The notes below the pieces were generated by a model. It was not told the origin of the DNA and ran no database searches. It worked only from the letters and a program-made list of their open reading frames with translations. From Centroscyllium fabricii (Eukaryota), in the NCBI GenBank assembly GCA_051313645.2, contig JBNRSN020000014.1, positions 152,086,001 through 152,150,000 of the forward strand: 64,000 nucleotides of DNA, written 5' to 3'. Below are positions 1 through 14,247 of this stretch, piece by piece; positions within the stretch are counted from its first letter, which is position 1, and each line of letters opens with the position of its first letter. A program made the position numbers and the translations under genes.

Positions 1-3000
1 AGAGGATTGACTGAGAGAGAACTGACTGTGAGATGATTGACTGAGGGAGGTTTGACTGAGAGAGGATTGACTGAGGGAGGATTGACTGAGAGAGAACTGA
101 CTGAGAGAGGATTGACTGAGAGAGGATTGACTGAGGGAGGATTGAATGAGAGAGAACTGACTGAGAGAGGATTGACTGAGGGAGGATTGACTGAGAGAGG
201 ATTGACTGAGAGAGAACGGACTGAGAGAGGATTGACTGAGAGAGGATTGACTGAGAGAGGATTGACTGAGAGAGGATTGACTGAGGGAGGATTGACTGAG
301 AGAGAACTGACTGAAAGAGGATTGACTGAGGGAGGATTGACTGAGAGAGGATTGACTGAGGGAGAATTGACTGAGAGAGAACTGACTGAGAGAGAACTGT
401 CTGAGAGAGGATTGACTGAGGGAGGATTGACTGAGAGAGGATTGACTGAGTGAGGACTGACTGAGAGAGGATTGACTAAGAGAGAACTGACTGAGAGAGG
501 ATTGACTGAGAGAGGATTGACTGATAGAGGACTGACTGAGGGAGGACTGACTGAGAGAGTATTGACTGAGAAATAATTGACTGAGAGAGGATTGAATGAG
601 GGAGAACTGACTGAGGGAGAACTGACTGAGAGAGGATTGACTGAGGGAGAACTGACTGAGAGAGAACTGACTGAGAGAGAACTGACTGAGAGAGGATTGA
701 CTGAGAGAGGATTGACTGAGAGAGGATTGACTGCGAGAGGACTGACTGAGAGAGAACTGACTGAGGGAGGATTGACTGAGGGAGGATTGACTGAGGGAGG
801 ATTGATTGAGAGAGGATTGACTGAGAGAGGACTGACAGAGAGGACAGACTGAGAGAGGATTGACTGAGAGAGGATTGACTGAGAGAGGATTGACTGAGGG
901 AGGCTTGACTGAGAGAGGATTGACTCAGGGAGGATTGAATGAGAGAGGATTGACTGAGTGAGGATTGACTGAGAGAGAACTGACTCAGAGAGGATTGACT
1001 GAGGGAGGATTGACTGAGAGAGGATTGACTGAGAGAGAACTGACGGAGAGAGGATTGACTGAGAGAGGATTGACTGAGAGAGGATTGACTGAGGGAGGAT
1101 TGACTGAGAGAGAACTGACTGAGAGAGTATTTACTGAGGGAGGATTGACTGAGAGAGGATTGACTGAGGGAGGATTGACTGAGAGAGGATTGACTGAGAG
1201 AGAACTGACTGAGAGAGGATTGACTGAGGGAGAACTGACTAAGAGAGAACTGACTGAGAGAGAACTGACTGAGAGAGGATTGACTGAGAGAGAACTGACT
1301 GAAGGAGGACTGACTGAGAGAGGATTGACTGAGAGAGAACTGACTGAGAGAGGATTGACTGAGGGAGGATTGACTGAGAGAGGATTGACTGAGGGAGGAT
1401 TGACTGAGAGAGAACTGACTGAGAGAGGATTGACTGAGGGAGGATTGACTGAGAGAGGATTGACTAAGAGACAACTGACTGAGAGAGGATTGACTGAGAG
1501 AGGATTGACTGATAGAGGACTGACTGAGGGAGGACTGACTGAGGGAGGACTGACTGAGGGAGGACTGACTGAGAGAGGATTGACTGAGAAATAATTGACT
1601 GAGAGAGGATTGAATGAGGGAGAACTGACTGAGGGAGAACTGACTGAGAGAGGATTGACTGAGGGAGAACTGACTGAGAGAGAACTGACTGAGAGAGAAC
1701 TGACTGAGAGAGGATTGACTGAGAGAGGATTGACAGAGAGGATTGACTGCGAGAGGATTGACTGAGAGGACTGACTGAGAGAGAACTGACTGAGGGAGCA
1801 TTGACTGAGGGAGAATTGACTGAGGGAGGATTGACTGAGGGAGGATTGATTGAGAGAGGATTGACTGAGAGAGGATTGACTGAGAGAGGACAGACTGAGA
1901 GAGGATTGACTGAGAGAGGATTGACTGAGGGAGGCTTGACTGAGAGAGGATTGACTCAGGGAGGATTGAATGAGAGAGGATTGACTGAGGGAGGATTGAC
2001 TGAGAGAGAACTGACTCAGAGGATTGACTGAGGGAGGATTGACTGAGGGAGGATTGACTGAGAGAGGATTGACTGAGAGAGAACTGACGGAGAGAGGATT
2101 GACGGAGAGAGGATTGACAGAGAGGATTGACTGAGAGAGGATTGACTGAGAGAGGATTGACTGAGAGAGGATTGACTGAGGGAGGATTGACAGAGAGAAC
2201 TGACTGAGAGAGGATTGACTGATGGAGAACTGACTGAGAGAGTACTGACTGAGAGAGAACTGACTGAGAGAGGATTGACTGAGAGAGAACTGACTGAGGG
2301 AGGACTGACTGAGAGAGGATTGACTGAGAGAGGATTGACTGAGGGAGGATTGAATGAGAGAGGATTGACTGAGGGAGGATTGACTGAGAGAAGATTGACT
2401 GAGAGAGAACTGACTGAGAGACGATTGACTGAGGGAGGATTGACTGAGAGAGGATTGACTGAGAGAGAACTGACTGAGAGAGGATTGACTGAGAGAGAAT
2501 TGACTGAGAGAGGATTGACTGAGAGAGGTTTGACTGAGAGAGGATTGACTGAGGGAGGATTGATTGAGAGAGAACTGACTGAGAGAGGCTTTACTGAGGG
2601 AGGATTGACTGAGAGAGGATTGACTGAGGGAGGATTGACTGAGAGAGGATTGACTGAGGGAGAACTGACTGAGAGAGGATTGACTGAGGGAGAATTGACT
2701 GAGAGAGTACAGACTGAGAGAGAACTGACTGAGAGAGGATTGACTGAGAGAGAACTGACTGAGAGAGGATTGACTGAGGGAGGATTGACTGAGAGAGGAT
2801 TGACTCAGAGAGGATTGACTGAGGGAGGATTGAATGAGAGAGGATTGACTGAGGGAGGATTGACTGAGGGAGAACTGACTGAGAGATGATTGACTGAGAG
2901 AGGACTGACTGAGAGAGGACTGACTGAGAGATGATTGACTGAGGGAGGATTGACTGAGAGAATATTGACTGAGAGAGGATTTACTAGGAGAGAACTGACT

Positions 3001-5837
3001 GAGAGAGGACTGCCTGAGAGAGGATTGACTGAGAGAGAACTGACTGAGGGAGGACTGACTGAGAGAGGATTGACTGAGAGAGAACTGACGGAGAGGAGAT
3101 TGACTGAAGGAGGACTGACTGAGAAGAACTGACTGAGAGAGGACTGACTGAGAGAGGATTGACTGAGGGAGGATTGACTGAGAGAGGATTGACTGAGAGA
3201 GAACTGACTGAGAGAGGATTGACTGAGGGAGGATTGATTGAGAGAGGATTGACTGAGGGAGGTTTGACTGAGAGAGAACTGACTGAGAGAGGATTGACTG
3301 AGAGAGGATTGACTGAGAGAGGATTGACTGATAGAGGATTGACTGAGGGAGGATTGAATGAGAGAGGATTGACTGAGGGAGGATTGACTGAGAGAAGATT
3401 GACTGAGAGAGAACTGACTGACAGAGGATTGACTGAGAGAGGATTGACTGAGGGAAGATTGACTGAGAGAGGATTGACTGAGAGAGAAGTGACTGAGAGA
3501 GGATTGACTGAGGGAGGATTGAATGAGAGAGGATTGAATGAGAGAGGATTGACTGAGGGAGGATTGACTGAGGGAGAACTGACTGAGGGATAACTGACTC
3601 AGAGAGGATTGACTGAGAGAGGACTGACTGAGAGAGGACTGACTGAGAGAGGATTGACTGAGGGAGGATTGACTGAGAGAGGATTGACTGAGGGAGGATT
3701 GACTGAGAGAGGATTGACTGAGAGAGGATTGACTGAGGGAGGATTGACTGAGAGAAGATTGACTGAGGGAGGATTGACTGAGAGAGGATTGACTGAGAGA
3801 GAACTGACTGAGAGAGGATTGACTGAGGGAGGATTGACTGAGAGAGGATTGACTGAGAGAGGACTGAGTGAGAGAGGATTGACTGAGAGAGAACTGACTG
3901 AGAGAGGATTGAATGAGAGAGGATTGACTGATAGAGGACTGACTGAGAGAGGATAGACTGAGAGAGAACGGACTGAGAGAGGATTGACTGAGAGAGGATT
4001 GACTGAGGGAGGAATGACTGAGAGAGGATTGACTGAGAGAGAACTGACTGAGAGAGGATTGACTGAGAGAGGATTGACTGAGAGAGGATTGACTGAGAGA
4101 GGATTGAGTGAGGGACGATTGACTGAGAGAACTGACTGACAGAGTATTTACTGAGGGAGGATTGACTGAGTGAGGATTGACTGAGTGAGGATTGACTGAG
4201 AGAGAACTGACTGAGAGCAGATTGACTGAGGGAGAACTGTCTGAGAGAGAACTCACTGAGAGAGGATTGACTGAGAGAGGATTGACTGAGGGATGATTGA
4301 ATGAGGGAGGATTGACTGAGGGAGGATTGACTGAGAGAGAACTGACTGAGAGATGATTGACTGAGGGAGGTTTGACTGAGAGAGAACTGACTGTGAGATG
4401 ATTGACTGAGGGAGGATTGACTGAGAGAGGACTGACTGAGAGAGGACTGACTGAGAGAGGATTGACTGAGGGAGGATTGACTGAGAGAGAATTGACTGAG
4501 AGAGGATTGACTGAGAGAGAACTGACTGTGAGATGATTGACTGAGGGAGGTTTGACTGAGAGAGGATTGACTGAGGGAGGATTGACTGAGAGAGAACTGA
4601 CTGAGAGAGGATTGACTGAGAGAGGATTGACTGAGGGAGGATTGAATGAGAGAGAACTGACTGAGAGAGGATTGACTGAGGGAGGATTGACTGAGAGAGG
4701 ATTGACTGAGAGAGAACGGACTGAGAGAGGATTGACTGAGAGAGGATTGACTGAGAGAGGATTGACTGAGAGAGGATTGACTGAGGGAGGATTGACTGAG
4801 AGAGAACTGCCTGAAAGAGGATTGACTGAGGGAGGATTGACTGAGAGAGGATTGACTGAGGGAGAATTGACTGAGAGAGAACTGACTGAGAGAGAACTGT
4901 CTGAGAGAGGATTGACTGAGGGAGGATTGACTGAGAGAGGATTGACTGAGTGAGGACTGACTGAGAGAGGATTGACTAAGAGAGAACTGACTGAGAGAGG
5001 ATTGACTGAGAGAGGATTGACTGATAGAGGACTGACTGAGGGAGGACTGACTGAGAGAGTATTGACTGAGAAATAATTGACTGAGAGAGGATTGAATGAG
5101 GGAGAACTGACTGAGGGAGAACTGACTGAGAGAGGATTGACTGAGGGAGAACTGACTGAGAGAGAACTGACTGAGAGAGAACTGACTGAGAGAGGATTGA
5201 CTGAGAGAGGATTGACTGAGAGAGGATTGACTGCGAGAGGACTGACTGAGAGAGAACTGACTGAGGGAGGATTGACTGAGGGAGGATTGACTGAGGGAGG
5301 ATTGATTGAGAGAGGATTGACTGAGAGAGGACTGACAGAGAGGACAGACTGAGAGAGGATTGACTGAGAGAGGATTGACTGAGAGAGGATTGACTGAGGG
5401 AGGCTTGACTGAGAGAGGATTGACTCAGGGAGGATTGAATGAGAGAGGATTGACTGAGTGAGGATTGACTGAGAGAGAACTGACTCAGAGAGGATTGACT
5501 GAGGGAGGATTGACTGAGAGAGGATTGACTGAGAGAGAACTGACGGAGAGAGGATTGACTGAGAGAGGATTGACTGAGAGAGGATTGACTGAGGGAGGAT
5601 TGACTGAGAGAGAACTGACTGAGAGAGTATTTACTGAGGGAGGATTGACTGAGAGAGGATTGACTGAGGGAGGATTGACTGAGAGAGGATTGACTGAGAG
5701 AGAACTGACTGAGAGAGGATTGACTGAGGGAGAACTGACTAAGAGAGAACTGACTGAGAGAGAACTGACTGAGAGAGGATTGACTGAGAGAGAACTGACT
5801 GAAGGAGGACTGACTGAGAGAGGATTGACTGAGAGAG
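1..5837 (+). repeat. Block duplication inside the satellite: 1-1337 repeated at 4501-5837 (offset 4500)
   Basis: Near line-for-line identity. ORF-track pairs 37/4537, 577/5077 and 965/5465. One visible substitution (310 vs 4810); similarity breaks at 1338/5838. Confidence 0.9.
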
Positions 5838-6968
5838 GATTGACTGAGGGAGGATTGAATGAGAGAGGATTGACTGAGGGAGGATTGACTGAGAGAAGAT
5901 TGACTGAGGGAGGAATGACTGAGAGTGGATTGACTGAGAGAGAACTGACTGAGAGAGGATTGACTGAGAGAGGATTGACTGAGAGAGGATTGACTGAGAG
6001 AGGATTGAGTGAGGGAGGATTGACTGAGAGAACTGACTGACAGAGTATTTACTGAGGGAGGATTGACTGAGAGAGGATTGACTGAGGGATGATTGAATGA
6101 GGGAGGATTGACTGAGGGAGGATTGACTGAGAGAGAACTGACTGAGAGATGATTGACTGAGGGAGGTTTGACTGAGAGAGAACTGACTGTGAGATGATTG
6201 ACTGAGGGAGGATTGACTGAGAGAGGACTGACTGAGAGAGGACTGACTGAGAGAGGATTGACTGAGGGAGGATTGACTGAGAGAGGATTGACTGAGAGAG
6301 GATTGACTGAGAGAGAACTGACTGTGAGTTGATTGACTGAGGGAGGTTTGACTGAGAGAGGATTGACTGAGGGAGGATTGACTGAGAGAGAACTGACTGA
6401 GAGAGGATTGACTGAGAGAGGATTGACTGAGGGAGGATTGAATGAGAGAGAACTGACTGAGAGAGGATTGACTGAGGGAGGATTGACTGAGAGAGGATTG
6501 ACTGAGAGAGAACTGACTGAGAGAGGATTGACTGAGGGAGGATTGACTGAGAGCAGATTGACTGAGAGAGAACGGACTGAGAGAGGATTGACTGAGAGAG
6601 GATTGACTGAGAGAGGATTGACTGAGAGAGGATTGACTGAGGGAGGATTGACTGAGAGAGAACTCACTGAAAGAGGATTGAATGAGGGAGGATTGACTGA
6701 GAGAGGATTGACTGAGGGAGAATTGACTGAGAGAGAACTGACTGAGAGACGATTGACTGAGGGAGGATTGACTGAGAGAGGATTGACTGAGAGAGAACTG
6801 TCTGAGAGAGGATTGACAGAGGGAGGATTGACTGAGAGAGGATTGACTGAGAGAGGACTGACTGAGAGAGGATTGACTAAGAGAGAACTGACTGAGAGAG
6901 GATTGACTGAGAGAGGATTGACTGATAGAGGACTGACTGAGGGAGGACTGACTGAGAGAGGATTGACT

Positions 6969-9900
6969 GAGAAATAATTGACTGAGAGAGGATTGAATGA
7001 GGGAGAACTGACTGAGGGAGAACTGACTGAGAGAGGATTGACTGAGGGAGAACTGACTGAGAGAGAACTGACTGAGAGAGAACTGACTGAGAGAGGATTG
7101 ACTGAGAGAGGATTGACTGAGAGAGGATTGACTGCGAGAGGACTGACTGAGAGAGAACTGACTGAGGGAGGATTGACTGAGGGAGGATTGACTGAGGGAG
7201 GATTGATTGAGAGAGGATTGACTGAGAGAGGACTGACTGAGAGAGGACAGACTGAGAGAGGATTGAATGAGAGAGGATTGACTGAGAGAGGATTGACTGA
7301 GGGAGGCTTGACTGAGAGAGGATTGACTCAGGGAGGATTGAATGAGAGAGGATTGACTGAGGGTGGATTGAATGAGAGAGAACTGACTCAGAGAGGATTG
7401 ACTGAGAGAGGATTGACTGAGGGAGGATTGACTGAGAGAGGATTGACTGAGAGAGAACTGACTGAGAGAGGATTGACTGAGGGAGGATTGCCTGAGAGCA
7501 GATTGACTGAGAGAGAACGGACTGAGAGAGGATTGACTGAGAGAGGATTGACTGAGAGAGGATTGACTGAGAGAGGATTGACTGAGGGAGGATTGACTGA
7601 GAGAGAACTGACTGAAAGAGGATTGAATGAGGGAGGATTGACTGAGAGAGGATTGACTGAGGGAGAATTGACTGAGAGAGAACTGACTGAGAGACGATTG
7701 ACTGAGGGAGGATTGACTGAGAGAGGATTGACTGAGAGAGAACTGTCTGAGAGAGGATTGACTGAGGGAGGATTGACTGAGAGAGGATTGACTGAGAGAG
7801 GACTGACTGAGAGAGGATTGACTAAGAGAGAACTGACTGAGAGAGGATTGACTGAGCGAGGATTGACTGATATAGGACTGACTGAGGGAGGACTGACTGA
7901 GGGAGGATTGACTGAGAAATAATTGACTGAGAGAGGATTGAATGAGGGAGAACTGACTGAGGGAGATCTGACTGAGAGAGGATTGACTGAGGGAGAACTG
8001 ACTGAGAGAGAACTGACTGAGAGAGAACTGACTGAGAGAGGATTGACTGAGAGAGGATTGACTGAGAGAGGATTGACTGCGAGAGGACTGACTGAGAGAG
8101 AACTGACTGAGGGAGGATTGACTGAGGGAGGATTGACTGAGGGAGGATTGATTGAGAGAGGATTGACTGAGAGAGGAATGACTGAGAGAGGACAGACTGA
8201 GAGAGGATTGACTGAGAGAGGATTGACTGAGAGAGGATTGACTGAGGGAGGCTTGACTGAGAGAGGATTGACTCAGGGAGGATTGAATGAGAGAGGATTG
8301 ACTGAGGGTGGATTGAATGAGAGAGAACTGACTCAGAGAGGATTGACTGAGAGAGGATTGACTGAGGGAGGATTGACTGAGAGAGGATTGACTGAGAGAG
8401 AACTGTCTGAGAGAGGATTGACAGAGGGAGGATTGACTGAGAGAGGATTGACTGAGAGAGGACTGACTGAGAGAGGATTGACTAAGAGAGAACTGACTGA
8501 GAGAGGATTGACTGAGAGAGGATTGACTGATAGAGGACTGACTGAGGGAGGACTGACTGAGAGAGGATTGACTGAGAAATAATTGACTGAGAGAGGATTG
8601 AATGAGGGAGAACTGACTGAGGGAGAACTGAATGAGAGAGGATTGACTGAGGGAGAACTGACTGAGAGAGAACTGACTGAGAGAGAACTGACTGAGAGAG
8701 GATTGACTGAGAGAGGATTGACTGAGAGAGGATTGACTGCGAGAGGACTGACTGAGAGAGAACTGACTGAGGGAGGATTGACTGAGGGAGGATTGACTGA
8801 GGGAGGATTGATTGAGAGAGGATTGACTGAGAGAGGACTGACTGAGAGAGGACAGACTGAGAGAGGATTGAATGAGAGAGGATTGACTGAGAGAGGATTG
8901 ACTGAGGGAGGCTTGACTGAGAGAGGATTGACTCAGGGAGGATTGAATGAGAGAGGATTGACTGAGGGTGGATTGAATGAGAGAGAACTGACTCAGAGAG
9001 GATTGACTGAGAGAGGATTGACTGAGGGAGGATTGACTGAGAGAGGATTGACTGAGAGAGAACTGACTGAGAGAGGATTGACTGAGGGAGGATTGCCTGA
9101 GAGCAGATTGACTGAGAGAGAACGGACTGAGAGAGGATTGACTGAGAGAGGATTGACTGAGAGAGGATTGACTGAGAGAGGATTGACTGAGGGAGGATTG
9201 ACTGAGAGAGAACTGACTGAAAGAGGATTGAATGAGGGAGGATTGACTGAGAGAGGATTGACTGAGGGAGAATTGACTGAGAGAGAACTGACTGAGAGAC
9301 GATTGACTGAGGGAGGATTGACTGAGAGAGGATTGACTGAGAGAGAACTGTCTGAGAGAGGATTGACTGAGGGAGGATTGACTGAGAGAGGATTGACTGA
9401 GAGAGGACTGACTGAGAGAGGATTGACTAAGAGAGAACTGACTGAGAGAGGATTGACTGAGCGAGGATTGACTGATATAGGACTGACTGAGGGAGGACTG
9501 ACTGAGGGAGGATTGACTGAGAAATAATTGACTGAGAGAGGATTGAATGAGGGAGAACTGACTGAGGGAGATCTGACTGAGAGAGGATTGACTGAGGGAG
9601 AACTGACTGAGGGAGAACTGACTGAGAGAGAACTGACTGAGAGAGGATTGACTGAGAGAGGATTGACTGAGAGAGGATTGACTGCGAGAGGACTGACTGA
9701 GAGAGAACTGACTGAGGGAGGATTGACTGAGGGAGGATTGACTGAGGGAGGATTGATTGAGAGAGGATTGACTGAGAGAGGAATGACTGAGAGAGGACAG
9801 ACTGAGAGAGGATTGACTGAGAGAGGATTGACTGAGAGAGGATTGACTGAGGGAGGCTTGACTGAGAGAGGATTGACTCAGGGAGGATTGAATGAGAGAG

Positions 9901-12900
9901 GATTGACTGAGGGTGGATTGAATGAGAGAGAACTGACTCAGAGAGGATTGACTGAGAGAGGATTGACTGAGGGAGGATTGACTGAGAGAGGATTGACTGA
10001 GAGAGAACTGACTGAGAGAGGATTGACTGAGGGAGGATTGACTGAGAGCAGATTGACTGAGAGAGAACGGACTGAGAGAGGATTGACTGAGAGAGGATTG
10101 ACTGAGAGAGGATTGACTGAGAGAGGATTGACTGAGGGAGGATTGACTGAGAGAGAACTGACTGAAAGAGGATTGAATGAGGGAGGATTGACTGAGAGAG
10201 GATTGACTGAGGGAGAATTGACTGAGAGAGAACTGACTGAGAGACGATTGACTGAGGGAGGATTGACTGAGAGAGGATTGACTGAGAGAGAACTGTCTGA
10301 GAGAGGATTGACTGAGGGAGGATTGACTGAGAGAGGATTGACTGAGAGAGGACTGACTGAGAGAGGATTGACTAAGAGAGAACTGACTGAGAGAGGATTG
10401 ACTGAGAGAGGATTGACTGATAGAGGACTGACTGAGGGAGGACTGACTGAGAGAGGATTGACTGAGAAATAATTGACTGAGAGAGGATTGAATGAGGGAG
10501 AACTGACTGAGGGAGAACTGACTGAGAGAGGATTGACTGAGGGAGAACTGACTGAGAGAGAACTGACTGAGAGAGAACTGACTGAGAGAGGATTGACTGA
10601 GAGAGGACTGACTGAGAGAGGATTGACTGCGAGAGGACTGACTGAGAGAGAACTGACTGAGGGAGGATTGACTGAGGGAGGATTGACTGAGGGAGGATTG
10701 ATTGAGAGAGTATTGACTGAGAGAGGACTGACTGAGAGAGGACAGACTGAGAGAGGATTGACTGAGAGAGGATTGACTGAGAGAGCATTGACTGAGGGAG
10801 GCTTGACTGAGAGAGGATTGACTCAGGGAGGATTGAATGAGAGAGGATTGACTGAGGGTGGATTGAATGAGAGAGAACTGACTCAGAGAGGATTGACTGA
10901 GGGAGGATTGACTGAGAGAGGATTGACTGAGAGAGAACTGACGGAGAGAGGATTGACTGAGAGAGGATTGACTGAGAGAGGATTGAGTGAGAGAGGATTG
11001 ACTGAGAGAGAACTGACTGAGAGAGTATTTACTGAGGGAGGATTGACTGAGAGAGGATTGACTGAGGGACGATTGACTGAGAGAGGATTGACTGAGAGAG
11101 AACTGACTGAGAGAGGATTGACTGAGGGAGAACTGACTGAGAGAGAACTGACTGAGAGAGAACTGACTGAGAGGATTGACTGAGAGAGAACTGACTGAGG
11201 GAGGACTGACTGAGAGAGGATTGACTGAGAGAGGATTGACTGAGGGAGGATTGAATGAGAGAGGATTGACTGAGGGAGGATTGACTGAGAGAAGATTGAC
11301 TGAGAGAGAACTGACTGAGAGAGGATTGACTGAGGGAGGATTGACAGAGAGGATTGACTCAGAGAGGATTGACTGAGGGAGGATTGAATGAGAGAGGATT
11401 GACTGAGGGAGGATTGACTGAGGGAGAACTGACTGAGGGAGAACTGACTGAGACATATTTGACTGAGAGAGGACTGACTGAGAGAGGACTGACTGAGAGA
11501 TGATTGACTGAGAGATGATTGACTGAGAGAGGATTTACTAGGAGAGAACTGACTGAGAGAGGACTGACTGAGAGAGGATTGACTGAGAGAGAACTGACTG
11601 AGAGAGAACTGACTGAGAGAGGATTGACTGAGGGAGGATTGATTGAGAGAGGATTGACTGAGGGAGGATTGACTGAGAGAGAACTGACTGAGAGGAGATT
11701 GACTGAAGGATGACTGACTGAGAAGAACTGACTGAGAGAGGACTGACTGAGAGAGGATTGACTGAGGGAGGATTGACTGAGAGTGGATTGACTGAGAGAG
11801 AACTGACTGAGAGAGTATTGACTGAGGGAGGATTGATTGAGAGAGGATTGACTGAGGGAGGATTGACTGAGAGAGAACTGACTGAGAGAGGATTGACTGA
11901 GAGAGGATTGACTGAGAGAGGATTGACTGAGGGAGGATTGACTGAGAGAGGATTGACTGAGAGAGAACTGACTGAGAGAGGATTGACTGAGGGAAGATTG
12001 ACTGAGTGAGGATTGACTGAGGGAGGTTTGACTGAGAGAGGATTGACTGAGAGAGGATTGACTGAGAGAGGATTGACTGAGAGAGAACTGACTGAGAGAG
12101 TATTGACTGAGGGATGATTGACTGAGAGAGGATTGACTGAGGGAGGATTGAATGAGAGAGGATTGACTGAGGGAGGATTGACTGAGAGAAGATTGACTGA
12201 GAGAGGATTGACAGAGAGAGAACTGACTGAGAGAGGATTGACTGAGGGAGGATTGACTGAGAGAGGATTGACTGAGGGAGGATTGACTGAGAGAGGATTG
12301 ACTGAGAGAGAACTGACTGAGAGAGTATTGACTGAGGGAGGATTGACTGAGAGAGGATTGACTGAGAGAGGATTGACTGAGGGAGGATTAAATGAGAGAG
12401 GATTGACTGAGGGAGGATTGACTGAGAGAAGATTGACTGAGAGAGGATTGACTGAGAGAGAACTGACTGAGAGAGGATTGACTGAGAGAGGATTGACTGA
12501 GAGAGGATTGACTGCGAGAGGACTGACTGAGAGAGAACTGACTGAGGGAGGATTGACTGAGGGAGGATTGACTGAGGGAGGATTGATTGAGAGAGGATTG
12601 ACTGAGAGAGGACTGACTGAGAGAGGACAGACTGAGAGAGGATTGACTGAGAGAGGATTGACTGAGAGAGGATTGACTGAGGGAGGCTTGACTGAGAGAG
12701 GATTGACTCAGGGAGGATTGAATGAGAGAGGATTGACTGAGGGTGGATTGAATGAGAGAGAAATGACTCAGAGAGGATTGACTGAGAGAGGATTGACTGA
12801 GGGAGGATTGACTGAGAGAGGATTGACTGAGAGAGAACTGACTGAGAGAGGATTGACTGAGGGAGGATTGACTGAGAGCAGATTGACTGAGAGAGGATTG

Positions 12901-14238
12901 ACTGAGAGAGGATTGACTGAGAGAGGATTGACTGAGAGAGGATTGACTGAGAGAGGATTGACTGAGGGAGGATTGACTGAGAGAGAACTGACTGAAAGAG
13001 GATTGAATGAGGGAGGATTGACTGAGAGAGGATTGACTGAGGGAGAATTGACTGAGAGAGAACTGACTGAGAGACGATTGACTGAGGGAGGATTGACTGA
13101 GAGAGGATTGACTGAGAGAGAACTGTCTGAGAGAGGATTGACTGAGGGAGGATTGACTGAGAGAGGATTGACTGAGAGAGGACTGACTGAGAGAGGATTG
13201 ACTAAGAGAGAACTGACTGAGAGAAGATTGACTGAGAGAGGATTGACTGATATAGGACTGACTGAGGGAGGACTGACTGAGAGAGGATTGACTGAGAAAT
13301 AATTGACTGAGAGAGGATTGAATGAGGGAGAACTGACTGAGGGAGAACTGACTGAGAGAGGATTGACTGAGGGAGAACTGACTGAGAGAGAACTGACTGA
13401 GAGAGAACTGACTGAGAGAGGATTGACTGAGAGAGGATTGACTGAGAGAGGATTGACTGCGAGAGGACTGACTGAGAGAGAACTGACTGAGGGAGGATTG
13501 ACTGAGGGAGGATTGACTGAGGGAGGATTGATTGAGAGAGGATTGACTGAGAGAAGACTGACTGAGAGAGGACAGACTGAGAGAGGATTGACTGAGAGAG
13601 GATTGACTGAGAGAGGATTGACTGAGGGAGGCTTGACTGAGAGAGTATTGACTCAGGGAGGATTGAATGAGAGAGGATTGACTGAGGGTGGATTGAATGA
13701 GAGAGAACTGACTCAGAGAGGATTGACTGAGAGAGGATTGACTGAGGGAGGATTGACTGAGAGAGGATTGACTGAGAGAGAACTGACTGAGAGAGGATTG
13801 ACTGAGGGAGGATTGACTGAGAGCAGATTGACTGAGAGAGAACGGACTGAGAGAGGATTGATTGAGAGAGGATTGACTGAGAGAGGATTGACTGAGAGAG
13901 GATTGACTGAGGGAGGATTGACTGAGAGAGAACTGACTGAAAGAGGATTGAATGAGGGAGGATTGACTGAGAGAGGATTGACTGAGGGAGAATTGACTGA
14001 GAGAGAACTGACTGAGAGACGATTGACTGAGGGAGGATTGACTGAGAGAGGATTGACTGAGAGAGAACTGTCTGAGAGAGGATTGACTGAGGGAGGATTG
14101 ACTGAGAGAGGATTGACTGAGAGAGGACTGACTGAGAGAGGATTGACTAAGAGAGAACTGACTGAGAGAGGATTGACTGAGAGAGGATTGACTGATAGAG
14201 GACTGACTGAGGGAGGACTGACTGAGAGAGGATTGACT
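6969..14238 (+). repeat. 945-bp (63-monomer) higher-order repeat region, including one 660-bp truncated unit
   Basis: Marker spacing 6969-7914 (945), -8574 (660), -9519 (945), -10464 (945) and 13294-14239 (945). The order of rare variants (TGCGAG, GGACAG, GGCTTG, GGGTGG, GAGCAG, GAACGG) is conserved between units. Confidence 0.9.
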
Positions 14239-14247
14239 GAGAAATAA

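Noticed and set aside
5739-11456. Very long minus-strand ORFs (1905, 1854, 1874 aa; [15 protein letters not shown] repeats)
   Set aside because: The minus-strand consensus has no stop codon in any of its three frames, so long ORFs are automatic. They switch repeat frame at every 13-mer and contain no unique domain.
6333-14247. Plus-strand [15 protein letters not shown] pentapeptide-repeat protein
   Set aside because: Starts are TTG codons within the monomer. Stop-containing monomers (AAATAA, TGA) and frameshifting 13/14-mers are amplified freely. No signal peptide, exon structure or non-repetitive domain.
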